From Gemmatimonadota bacterium (GTDB lineage: Bacteria; Latescibacterota; UBA2968; UBA8231), in the NCBI GenBank assembly GCA_002712305.1, contig PATE01000102.1:1-55090 (forward strand): 55,090 nt of DNA, written 5' to 3'. Below the pieces are notes generated by a model that saw only the letters and a list, made by a program, of their open reading frames with translations, searched no databases and was not told the DNA's origin. How positions within the stretch are numbered: the stretch's first letter is position 1; each line of letters begins with the position of its first letter. The position numbers were made by a program, and so were the translations under genes. Positions 37,975 to 46,922 of the stretch are shown here, piece after piece.

Positions 37975-38991
37975 ATGAAAAGCTGGTGCTTTCTCTCTCG
38001 ACTTTCCGTTTTCTCCTGTCTGGCCCTGCTGGTGGGGTGTACCTGGCGATCTCAGGCACCTGCTCCGGGGTCTCAGATTGTCGGCGGCGCTGCCTTCCAC
38101 GCCTATGTCTCGTCGAGATCCCAAAGCGCTTCTGAGTTGGATTCCGTCTACGTCCCCTGGGTGGCTGTGCTCCCCTTTCATGACGATTCAGGCTTCCGGC
38201 AGGGCGTGTTCGAGTTGCCGAACGACATTCCCCGGATGTTGGGCGGGGCGCTAGAAGAGGGGCAGATTTGCCGGGTCGTACCCGCCGAGGTCGTTGAAGA
38301 ACTGGTGGCCGGGCGAGGTCATTCCTGGGCAGAGACGCATCTGAGCGTACTCGGAGACAGCTTGCAGGTTGACCACATCATCAGTGGCGTCGTACTCGAC
38401 TACAACTTCAAAAGGCTACACCTCGGCGATCCACTGATCGGCGGCTACAAGTCGTGGGAGGGCACTGCAGAGGTGGCCGTCGCCCTGCACAGCGGTGCCG
38501 GTTTCGATCGGCTGAACACGTCGACAGCGCGCCATGAGTCGCGCAATCGAGGCGTTGGACTCGATCTGCTCGGCAAGCCGCGCGAGGGGGATTTGCACTT
38601 CGTACGTTTGGAGGAAATGGAGCACGGAGGTCCAGAGTTTCTTGAGACAGCACTGGGGGAAGCGACGAGACTGACCATCCAGCAAATCACGACAGAGCTA
38701 CTCCCAGTCCTGCAGCCGAGACAACTGGTGGGACTCGACCGCGTGCCCACGGTGCTTTCGGTTTCAGGCGACGATCTATTCATCGATATCGGCATCGAGC
38801 AGGGCGTGCAGCCTGGCTATCGGTTCGTTGTCGAAGGTGTGCCCGGCGATGCGTCCCCCATCGTAGAAGTAGAGGACGTGATCTCAGCCAACGTGTCCCG
38901 CGTGGTGGCTTTGCGTGGGGGAGAGTTGATCAGAGCCGGTCAAGCTTTGAGACACATCGCGGCAAACCGCGTTGACCCACAGGGGCGATGA
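37975..38991 (+). CDS. CsgG/FlgT-like lipoprotein
   Basis: Lipobox LLVGC; VAVLPF.D...ML..AL...IISGVVLDY CsgG/TolB-N-like core; C-terminal VLSVSGDDLFIDIG...GVQPGYRF.V FlgT-C-like beta domain. Confidence 0.65.
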   Translation: MKSWCFLSRLSVFSCLALLVGCTWRSQAPAPGSQIVGGAAFHAYVSSRSQSASELDSVYVPWVAVLPFHDDSGFRQGVFELPNDIPRMLGGALEEGQICRVVPAEVVEELVAGRGHSWAETHLSVLGDSLQVDHIISGVVLDYNFKRLHLGDPLIGGYKSWEGTAEVAVALHSGAGFDRLNTSTARHESRNRGVGLDLLGKPREGDLHFVRLEEMEHGGPEFLETALGEATRLTIQQITTELLPVLQPRQLVGLDRVPTVLSVSGDDLFIDIGIEQGVQPGYRFVVEGVPGDASPIVEVEDVISANVSRVVALRGGELIRAGQALRHIAANRVDPQGR

Positions 38992-38995
38992 CCCG

Positions 38996-39703
38996 ATGGC
39001 ACGAATCGACCTGATAACACGAATCACAACGACGGCGCTGGTCACATGGCTCTGCCTGCTGATGCTGCACGGCGCCGCTGATGCTCAATCCCCACTTCTG
39101 CTGGGCGAGTGGCACAACGTTCAGGCGTCGGAGGATTTCGATCTCGACAGTCGATTGATGCTGCACGAGGGAGGGGTCGCTCACGTCGAGTTGGCTGGAC
39201 CATTCAGTCAGGCCTATCTGGCGGCGTCCGACGATGAGGATGTCCAACAACTGGCAGACATCTTCCCCGATGGTCTGCAGGTGCAGATCGTGGCAGATGG
39301 CACCTGGACCGCCACAGATGACTCGCTGACGCTCGATTTTCCCGACCCCGATCTGATGATCAATGGAGGTAACTTCGAAGCGTTCATCACCACCATTGCC
39401 ACCGCCCTTGCAGCGCCGGTCATCAGGCAGCTCAACCTGCCCCCGGACCAGGAGCCAGCGGTGATCGCCACATTTGTCGGCCTGCTGGAGGAAGATCTCA
39501 CTGAGCAGGATGTGACCGATCAGGCTTTCGCCAATAATGGGCAACCGGTGGCGTATAGACTGGAGCAGGGGGCTCTCATCCTGACCGACGCCGATGGGGT
39601 GGATGCACGCTGGCACAGCTTGACGGCAGCGAGTGTGGAAATGATGGGGTGGGGGCAGTTCAAGCGCCGCACGGCCGCAGGCGCCGTGTGGAAGACCGAA
39701 TAA
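38996..39703 (+). CDS. Exported hypothetical protein (lipocalin-like beta fold?) with C-terminal WGxxK tail
   Basis: Signal peptide ending ADA-QS; LLGEW, GTWTATDDSLTL and YRLEQGALIL; ends TAASVEMMGWGQFKRR. Confidence 0.7.
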   Translation: MARIDLITRITTTALVTWLCLLMLHGAADAQSPLLLGEWHNVQASEDFDLDSRLMLHEGGVAHVELAGPFSQAYLAASDDEDVQQLADIFPDGLQVQIVADGTWTATDDSLTLDFPDPDLMINGGNFEAFITTIATALAAPVIRQLNLPPDQEPAVIATFVGLLEEDLTEQDVTDQAFANNGQPVAYRLEQGALILTDADGVDARWHSLTAASVEMMGWGQFKRRTAAGAVWKTE

Positions 39704-39836
39704 TCACCCTGACCCTACCGCTGCAGAGTCTCGTTTGGCTATCTGCGCCCCCGTGGGACCCCCGCTGTTAAGCGTCTTTTTTAGAAATAGATAGATCGTC
39801 TGGCCAGTAAATCTCTGGTAAGGGCAAACGATTTTC

Positions 39837-39865
39837 TTGACATCTTTAAAATTGAGAAGTATGGT
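39837..39865 (+). promoter_or_regulatory. Sigma70-type promoter for the 40018 gene
   Basis: TTGACA (39837-39842), 17-nt AT-rich spacer, TATGGT (39860-39865), in an AT-rich intergenic region. Confidence 0.7.
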
Positions 39866-40017
39866 TGCCATCTCGTGGGACCGATTTGTGCCGGTCAAGG
39901 CAGGCGAAGATCGGCTTTTGCTGGAGCAAACCACGAAACCCTTTCGGCCACTGGATTTCGAGAAATCCGGCGGCCGGTGCAGCATCACACCATCATCCCT
40001 GAGGAGGGAATCTCCTT

Positions 40018-41958
40018 ATGTTGCGCAAGCTAACGATCGCAGCTGCCGCCATCGCTCTGATGGCCGGTACCGCGAGCGCGCAGTTCCTCCACATCGGAGA
40101 TCCGGATGTGCAGTTGGCGGATCTCACCAGTGGCGGTAAGCCTAACACACTTACCATTTCAGGCATTTCGGGAACCGCCGACTATGCCTTTGGTGGCGCA
40201 CCTCTCGATGTTTCGTTCAATCTGGACGGCTCGGGTGCGACAGTGTGGTTGATTGTCTACACAGCTGGAAAGTCTGCTCCTTACACCATCGAAGGTGCAG
40301 GCCCTGGCCCGTATGCCGACCCAGAGAATGCTGCTCCCGGTTGGCACGTGTACAGCGGCGTGAACACGCTGGTCGCCAAGACTTCGGGTGAGCGCCTCGG
40401 CGAGGGTGCCAACACGATCCAGTGGAATGGCCTTGATAAGGACGGCAATCCGGTGCCGCCTGGTTCCTACAATCTCTTTATCGCTGCCTTCGATGACGAA
40501 GCCACACCCCACGTCGTCGGTGTCGGTACCCGCCAGTTTGGATCGGGTGCGACGGTCTACTTCAACACCCAGCGTGGTGAGATCGTCAACTTCAATGGCG
40601 GTGAAGTCTCCAACATGGAAAACGACTGGATCAGCAACCTCGAGGGTTTCGATCTGATCGACAACCAGGCTGTTACTGATGCATGCGCCGGGCGTGAAGG
40701 CTGTGGGGCGGGTATCCACAGTGCGACGCCGCTGAACGGGGGACTCACCGACTGGATCGGCAACAATCGTGGTGGTGGCGTGGGCTGGCTCTATCGTTTC
40801 CAATACGACTGGGACACGCGTCAGGTCACGACGGTCGAGGACTGGGGCGTCGACAACGGAGCCGAGAATGGCATTCTGAGCCTGGGCGAGATCCTACCTG
40901 GTCGTCAGTATCACTCGACGACCGACGCTGCCAAGGGTGAGGTCTACGCGACGGCCGGCGTGTCCGGTACCGTTTCTAAGGTCTCCACCTGGAGCGTGGG
41001 CGACGCTTCATTCATTCCGGCCAAGGACTGGGATCTCTCTGACCTGTTCCTCTACGACAACAATGGTTCCGATCGCTCCGGCGGTCCGGGAACGCTCGCT
41101 CGTTTCTTCAATGGTGCGCCCGATCCTGCAGGAATCACGATGTCCGGTCACCATACGTCCCTCACAGCTCGTATGGACTATAACGGTAACATCAAGTATC
41201 TGAACCGCAACGGTGACGGATTTGGTGACTCGCGCACCTTCGCCGACGGTACGTTCGGTGAGTTCGAGTATGGTCACACGGAGGCGCCTGCCTTCAAGTA
41301 CAGCCTGTACTCCACGAAGTACGGTTGGGTGACCAACATCGAAGCTGGTACCGACAACTCCAAGAATGGCTTCATGCTGGGTGAAGATGGTTCGGGCCTC
41401 TTCCACTTCGAGCCGAAGCGGATTCCCATCACCTGGCCGCAGCTCAACGTCATCATCGACGAAGACGGCGATTGGGACGGCATGTACATGCAGGTCGGTG
41501 GATTTGGCGATGCAGCTCTCGCCAACGACTTCATCCCCGAGCCGGTGCCGAGAGATGATGGTTCGATTCCTCTGGCCATCCTCTCGCGTTATCCGATCGT
41601 GCAGCTGCCGTACGACCAGAAGCGCGTTCCTCTCGGCAACCCTCCGACCGCGATTCTCGAGCAGTCGGCTGAGGTTCCTGACGGTTTCGAGCTGAGCGAG
41701 GCGTATCCCAACCCGTTCAACCCCGAGACCACAATCCGCTTCCAGTTGCCGACGGCTGAGCACTTCACCATCACCGTCTACAACGAGCATGGTCAGGCTG
41801 TTCGCACCCTCGCCGACCAGCAGTTGGGTCCGGGTACGTTCGACATTACCTGGGACGGCCAGGACGACAACGGCCGTTCGGTGGCGTCTGGTGTCTATAT
41901 GTATCTGATCGAGGGGCCGAACCTTCGTACGCACAAGAAGGTTACGCTCCTGAAGTAG
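40018..41958 (+). CDS. Secreted protein with N-terminal FlgD-Ig-like module and C-terminal T9SS-type-A-like/FlgD-Ig sorting domain
   Basis: Signal peptide (ASA-QF); GANTIQWNGLDKDGNPVPPGSY; C-terminal AYPNPFNPETTIRFQLP...VYNEHGQAVRTL...WDGQDDNGRSVASGVYMY...KKVTLLK. Confidence 0.85.
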   Translation: MLRKLTIAAAAIALMAGTASAQFLHIGDPDVQLADLTSGGKPNTLTISGISGTADYAFGGAPLDVSFNLDGSGATVWLIVYTAGKSAPYTIEGAGPGPYADPENAAPGWHVYSGVNTLVAKTSGERLGEGANTIQWNGLDKDGNPVPPGSYNLFIAAFDDEATPHVVGVGTRQFGSGATVYFNTQRGEIVNFNGGEVSNMENDWISNLEGFDLIDNQAVTDACAGREGCGAGIHSATPLNGGLTDWIGNNRGGGVGWLYRFQYDWDTRQVTTVEDWGVDNGAENGILSLGEILPGRQYHSTTDAAKGEVYATAGVSGTVSKVSTWSVGDASFIPAKDWDLSDLFLYDNNGSDRSGGPGTLARFFNGAPDPAGITMSGHHTSLTARMDYNGNIKYLNRNGDGFGDSRTFADGTFGEFEYGHTEAPAFKYSLYSTKYGWVTNIEAGTDNSKNGFMLGEDGSGLFHFEPKRIPITWPQLNVIIDEDGDWDGMYMQVGGFGDAALANDFIPEPVPRDDGSIPLAILSRYPIVQLPYDQKRVPLGNPPTAILEQSAEVPDGFELSEAYPNPFNPETTIRFQLPTAEHFTITVYNEHGQAVRTLADQQLGPGTFDITWDGQDDNGRSVASGVYMYLIEGPNLRTHKKVTLLK

Positions 41959-41980
41959 TTCGTTTTTTGTGAATAGGGAG

Positions 41981-42009
41981 GGGGGCTCCCGGCGACGGGG
42001 GCCCCCTTT
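41981..42009 (+). terminator. GC-rich hairpin with GNRA loop and short U tail (weak terminator or mRNA stabiliser)
   Basis: GGGGGCTCCCG-GCGA-CGGGGGCCCCC-TTT directly after the 40018 gene. Confidence 0.65.
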
Positions 42010-42064
42010 CTGCACGTTTCTGTCCGTCTTCCGTAAAACTCGATCCCCCGATTGAGGTCACCCC

Positions 42065-44176
42065 ATGGCCCGGTTTCGTCTCAGCGGCTTCTGGCTTGCG
42101 CTGATTGCCGTTTTCCTCGCGGCGAGTGTCCATGCACAGCCCTCTCGCACCGTCATCAACACCTGGCCATCGACGACACACTATCTGGGTTTTGCACAGT
42201 TTTCCGGGAAAGATGACGGTCAGATTCGCATCTCAGCGGCTGGTGCATATACGCTGTATCTCAATGGTGACCTTGTCGGGGCAGATGACGATCCGACCAC
42301 GGTCGAGACCTACCAGGTATCGTTCAGAAATCGCGAAAATGTGATCGCCGTCGTTTCCGAACACGACGGCAGCAATTCCCCCTACGGGTTGTTCGTCGTC
42401 ATCGAGAGTCCGCAGGGAACGATTGCCAGTTCCGCCGAAGACCGCCTGGCCCCATGGTTCTGGAGCGATGCGGCACTACCGAACGAAGCCGGGGCGGACT
42501 GGACCGAACCACGGTTGAGTCGTCTCGACGATCTCGAGTTGGATGATGTTCCCGTCGTCTTCACACCCGTCCAGACGGGCACCTTCGATCCAACGGGATT
42601 TGCCGATTTTGCCGATATAGATATGACCCGTGCCAAGAGCATCGCCGGGTACGGTGGCGGAATCGATGGAAGTCTCGACGGACTGCAGTTGCGTTCACTG
42701 GTGGGCACCAATATTGCCTTCAGCTCGCTGTCTGATCAGCCACGCCTCGTCGATGGCGACGTGTCCAGTGCGGTGTCTTTCCGGAGAGGGGCGACATCGC
42801 TGCTGCAGCGGGTGCAGACAGATCTCGGTAGATTAATCACCATCGACCGTGTGCGCGTGGTGACTCAACCCCCGAGCAAGTCGAGTTCCTACGAAAACAA
42901 CTCGCTGCGTGGCTACAGCATTCTCGTCAGCAAAGATGGTGTCGGTTTTACTGAGGTAGCGGCACGCAATCAGATTGAGACCTTCCGCGAGACGGAGGTC
43001 ACCTTCGCGCCGATCGCGGCTCGACACGTTCGCCTGGTGGTGACCGAGTTCTCCGCCCGCGACGCTTCGCCGCAAGTGGCTGAGTTAGAGGTGTTCGGTG
43101 TCGGTCTCGACCAGCAGGGAACGTTCCGGTCTCTGGCCCTCGACCTGGGAACGAGTCAACCGAAGAATTTCGACAGTGCCCAATGGTTTGGTGAACTGGG
43201 CAAGGCGAGTGAACTGGAACTGCGCTTTCGATCGGGCAATGATGGGGTGAGTTGGAGCACCTGGTCACCGTGGGCCGCAGACAGTGTCATCGCCCTGCAA
43301 GTCCCAGAGCCGGCCCAGTGGCTTCAGTTCGAAGCACGAATGGAGACGCGAGACCTTTTCGCAGGCCCGCGACTCGACAGCATCGTCGTCAACTTCAATA
43401 CAGATGACCTCCCTGTGGCTAGTGCGGCCAGTTCCATCACGCCGTTGCAGGTGAATATCGGCGTCGATACGGATTTCACCTACACGCTCGATGTTGAAGT
43501 GGATGGCTCAAGCGCCGGTGTCGAGAGGATCGTCGTCTTGACTCCGTATCCGGCCGCGTTGAATACATCTTCCGTCACCGGCCTGGGCGCCTCGGCGATT
43601 GATCTGGCCAACACATACAGCACGAATGACTCCCTCGTCATTAGTTTGACGCCCCCCTTGGCGGCCTCGACGCAGGTCACCTTCGATTTCAGCTCTCGAC
43701 TGCTTTCTGGCAGTCACGCATTTACGGCGTTGGTCGCCTCGCCAGGTTCCACCAATCCGTTGCTTGCCGTGACCCGTGAAGATGCCATCGATACGCTGTC
43801 GACGATCGTCGAGGCGCTCCAACTGTCCTTCCCGGTTCTGTCTGAGGTCGCTCCGAATCCACGGGTGGTAACGCCCAACGATGATGGTGCCAACGAATGG
43901 GCCACTATCGGTTTCGTCCTCGGTCGTGTCACGCAAGTACCCGTACATGTTGAGATCTACGATCTGGCGGGTCGCCTCGTACGCCGCCTGCCAGAGCGGA
44001 TGCTGCGAGCCGGGAGTTACCTCGGCGGCCAAGACGATCCAACGCATCCCGGTGCCTGGAATGGTCGCAACGACGCGGGGGACCTCGTTCCCCCCGGCAC
44101 GTATGTCTTTCGTCTGGTGGTCGACATAGACCCCGATGCCGAGACGTCCGTCGGCCTCGTCGGCGTCGCCTACTGA
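42065..44176 (+). CDS. Secreted discoidin (F5/8 type C)-domain protein with C-terminal CHU_C/T9SS-type-B-like FlgD-Ig domain
   Basis: Signal peptide (VHA-QP); DLGRLITIDRVRV...YSILVSKDG...ARHVRL...AELEVFG; C-terminal PNPRVVTPNDDGANE...IYDLAGRLVRRL...WNGRNDAGDLVPPGTY. Confidence 0.82.
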   Translation: MARFRLSGFWLALIAVFLAASVHAQPSRTVINTWPSTTHYLGFAQFSGKDDGQIRISAAGAYTLYLNGDLVGADDDPTTVETYQVSFRNRENVIAVVSEHDGSNSPYGLFVVIESPQGTIASSAEDRLAPWFWSDAALPNEAGADWTEPRLSRLDDLELDDVPVVFTPVQTGTFDPTGFADFADIDMTRAKSIAGYGGGIDGSLDGLQLRSLVGTNIAFSSLSDQPRLVDGDVSSAVSFRRGATSLLQRVQTDLGRLITIDRVRVVTQPPSKSSSYENNSLRGYSILVSKDGVGFTEVAARNQIETFRETEVTFAPIAARHVRLVVTEFSARDASPQVAELEVFGVGLDQQGTFRSLALDLGTSQPKNFDSAQWFGELGKASELELRFRSGNDGVSWSTWSPWAADSVIALQVPEPAQWLQFEARMETRDLFAGPRLDSIVVNFNTDDLPVASAASSITPLQVNIGVDTDFTYTLDVEVDGSSAGVERIVVLTPYPAALNTSSVTGLGASAIDLANTYSTNDSLVISLTPPLAASTQVTFDFSSRLLSGSHAFTALVASPGSTNPLLAVTREDAIDTLSTIVEALQLSFPVLSEVAPNPRVVTPNDDGANEWATIGFVLGRVTQVPVHVEIYDLAGRLVRRLPERMLRAGSYLGGQDDPTHPGAWNGRNDAGDLVPPGTYVFRLVVDIDPDAETSVGLVGVAY

Positions 44177-44192
44177 GCGCCCAACGCACTCC

Positions 44193-46922
44193 ATGCATCG
44201 AAACGGTCTACACCGTCTGTCGTTCGCACGCGTCTTCATCGCGGGGATGGCTCTGTGTCTGACTGCCAGTGTGTGTGCTCCCGTTTCAGCCCAGTTTCTA
44301 TCGCGCGACTTTCGCGAACTGTGGGCCAACGAGGTCTTCGAGAACTACGGCCCGGGTGGCTATCGCGACTACGATTTCGGTGAAGAGAACCGTCGCTTCG
44401 ATCTATTCGGTGATCTCATCGTCGACGGTGTCGACATCGTGCACATGGAAGAGGTGCGGCGCGATCGTCCAGGACTCCGCGGCAGCTATGAACAGAGGAA
44501 TGGTCGCTACGATCGCTTCTTCGACAAACTGGTAATCGCCAATGAGGGGTTCGGTCCCTGGTCGACGAGGCTGATCATCGGCGATCACATCAGCACCCAT
44601 TTCACCCCCATGACGCTCAACATGCCGCGGTTCAATGGGATGCGCTGGGATGGTTCGTCGAGCAGTAACAGCTTCACCGTCATTGCAAGTCACTTCACCG
44701 ATCCTGTCATCGTTCCGAACAACGCTGACATCGAGACAGACTTCAATCGTCGACGGATCTTCGGGACATCAGCTCTGGCGGGTCACTGGGAGAGTCAGAT
44801 CGGTGGCGCCCTGCGCATCGGCACGACGTTCATCAATACCCACCGCTTCGATTCAGAAGCGGGAACCGACCTCAATGGCATGCGCGGTACGGTCCCGAGG
44901 GTCATGCACGGTGGGCTGCGCAAGCTCTTCGTCTTCGTCACCGATGACAACCCAGAGAATGACACGCCCGGGGCGACGGTCCACGAACTGAGCATGTTCA
45001 TCGACGGCAACGAAGTATTGCCACTTCGTGTCGCCCAGATCGATCACCTGCTGCAGCAACTGCCTGTCACGCCTGATCTGACCAGTACGATCCTGCTGAA
45101 ATCCAATGAAGTCAGTTTCCTGCGCAAGAACGGTCCTTGGCTCCAACCGGTTATCGATGCGAGCAACACGCCCTTCTTCACAGCAGTCCTTGGCGATATC
45201 TCTCACACCGTAGCCCCCGCCTCCTTGGGAAGCCCGTTGTCGGCCGCCGGTGACAACGTGGTGTTTTACGAGTTCGAAGTGCCCGACACGACGCGCAACA
45301 TTGAGTTTGAGGCGGTCGTCAGCGACGACTATAGCATCGACATCGCTGGGGCGATGAACGTACCTGTCTTCGCGTCTCGCGCGACCGACTTCTACTACGA
45401 CTGGCAGAATACGGCGCGTGCCGAAGGTGCCCCCGGAGGTGGAGCGAATCTCAAGCGAATCCGCTTCGATTACGGATTCCCAACGGGGCTTAATATCCTG
45501 GGCGCAAACTTCGAAGCTCATTTTCTTGGCTTTGACGCCCGGGGCGAGTTCGCGCGTAGCACCCGATTCTACAAGGTGCCAGCCGCAGGGGGAGAACGAT
45601 CGAAGGAAGAGGCGGATACCTACTACCTCCAGATTGCCCGTGAACTTCGGGAAGGGTTGAACGTTGGCTTCGAAGTCTTCGACGTGCCTGGAGACTACAC
45701 CACAAGCTTCTCGCGTTTCAGATTGTCCAACTCGAGCACCAGTATCGGCGGACGGTTGTATCAGCCGGTGCAGTTGGTGGCTGACAACGACGATCTCGAC
45801 CAGTGGGAGGATCGAATAGAGCACAATGATCCCCTCGCACCGGAGGCCACCTCAACCTCGGCGCCAGGTCATGGTGTATTCCCGGGTCTCGATCCTGACA
45901 ATGACGGTGTCCTCGACTTCAATATTGACAATGGCCGAGGCACCGACGCCTTCCAGCCCTTCCTCGGCTATGTCGCCGAGCCGCCAGAGTTGGTTTACGG
46001 AGATGATTTCAACAACAACGGCGTCGCGGACTTCCGCGAGAATGACAACCTGCCAGACTATCTGTATCCCCTCGATCACAAGGGATACCACACGCGCCTC
46101 GACTATCAACTCACGTCGAATACGCAGTTGCGCGCCGGTTTATACGCCATCGATCAGCCAGAGCTGGGTCGACGCAATGACACTCGATACATCGAGGGGC
46201 GTTACCTGCGTCAGTGGGACCAAAGCGGATATCTGCGGATCAATCAACGTTTCAAGTGGCTGAAGGACGATACGCCGAACACGATCTATTCATCGGCCGT
46301 GATCAATGACCCCTTTTCCCGGACATACGTCCTCGACAACGACCTGCTGCAGGGTCGCAACAGTCGAAACAGCCTGACATATGTTGAGTGGGGTCTGACG
46401 ACGATTCCGAAGGTCAATATCCGGAACATCGTCTCGGTGGGCCTGACCGACATCAACGGTGAAGCGCCAGAAGACCCGCTGTTCACGCGACCGGGTTCGG
46501 TGACCGAGTTGTCTGCCGTCAGCAAGGCTGACTACACATGGCGTCGCGGCCGTTTCACGCTGACGCCGCAGATCAAGCACATCTACCAGTACACGAAGGT
46601 GCCAGAGCGCGACATTCCCGAGCGCCAGCGACGCTGGATCATGCCGATCCTTCGCGCCGACATGCAGGTGGGCCCCCGAACGGTCTTGAAGACGGGTATT
46701 CAGGGGCTTCCTCTGCTCAACGAACGCACGTCGGATCCGGCAAATCCCGAACAGAACTTCCGACGGCGTACGTACACGGCCTTCCTGCAGAATCGCAGCA
46801 ACTATCAGGGGTATGACCTCACCGTCCTGATGGGCATCTATCGCACGAAGGTGAACTACACGGGCTCAACGCGGCCTTCGTCCGGGTCCCTTGAGTACTT
46901 CTTCCGGGTGTATATCGGCTAA
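44193..46922 (+). CDS. Large exported protein, putative outer-membrane beta-barrel (paralog 1 of 3)
   Basis: Signal peptide (VSA-QF), alternating amphipathic strands, terminal strand YFFRVYIG and an acidic DxDxDG insert. Start at ATG 44193. Confidence 0.7.
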   Translation: MHRNGLHRLSFARVFIAGMALCLTASVCAPVSAQFLSRDFRELWANEVFENYGPGGYRDYDFGEENRRFDLFGDLIVDGVDIVHMEEVRRDRPGLRGSYEQRNGRYDRFFDKLVIANEGFGPWSTRLIIGDHISTHFTPMTLNMPRFNGMRWDGSSSSNSFTVIASHFTDPVIVPNNADIETDFNRRRIFGTSALAGHWESQIGGALRIGTTFINTHRFDSEAGTDLNGMRGTVPRVMHGGLRKLFVFVTDDNPENDTPGATVHELSMFIDGNEVLPLRVAQIDHLLQQLPVTPDLTSTILLKSNEVSFLRKNGPWLQPVIDASNTPFFTAVLGDISHTVAPASLGSPLSAAGDNVVFYEFEVPDTTRNIEFEAVVSDDYSIDIAGAMNVPVFASRATDFYYDWQNTARAEGAPGGGANLKRIRFDYGFPTGLNILGANFEAHFLGFDARGEFARSTRFYKVPAAGGERSKEEADTYYLQIARELREGLNVGFEVFDVPGDYTTSFSRFRLSNSSTSIGGRLYQPVQLVADNDDLDQWEDRIEHNDPLAPEATSTSAPGHGVFPGLDPDNDGVLDFNIDNGRGTDAFQPFLGYVAEPPELVYGDDFNNNGVADFRENDNLPDYLYPLDHKGYHTRLDYQLTSNTQLRAGLYAIDQPELGRRNDTRYIEGRYLRQWDQSGYLRINQRFKWLKDDTPNTIYSSAVINDPFSRTYVLDNDLLQGRNSRNSLTYVEWGLTTIPKVNIRNIVSVGLTDINGEAPEDPLFTRPGSVTELSAVSKADYTWRRGRFTLTPQIKHIYQYTKVPERDIPERQRRWIMPILRADMQVGPRTVLKTGIQGLPLLNERTSDPANPEQNFRRRTYTAFLQNRSNYQGYDLTVLMGIYRTKVNYTGSTRPSSGSLEYFFRVYIG

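Noticed and set aside
39820-39980. c-di-GMP-I (GGCAAAC) or cobalamin (GCCACTG) riboswitch
   Set aside because: Only isolated words match. The GGCAAAC lies upstream of the predicted promoter, and the partner motifs (GACGCAAA, GGGAAG/B12 box) are absent.
37975-44176. Flagellar genes (flgT, flgD)
   Set aside because: Only the generic FlgT-like and FlgD-Ig folds are present, on Sec-exported proteins, and there are no flagellar structural genes in the window.
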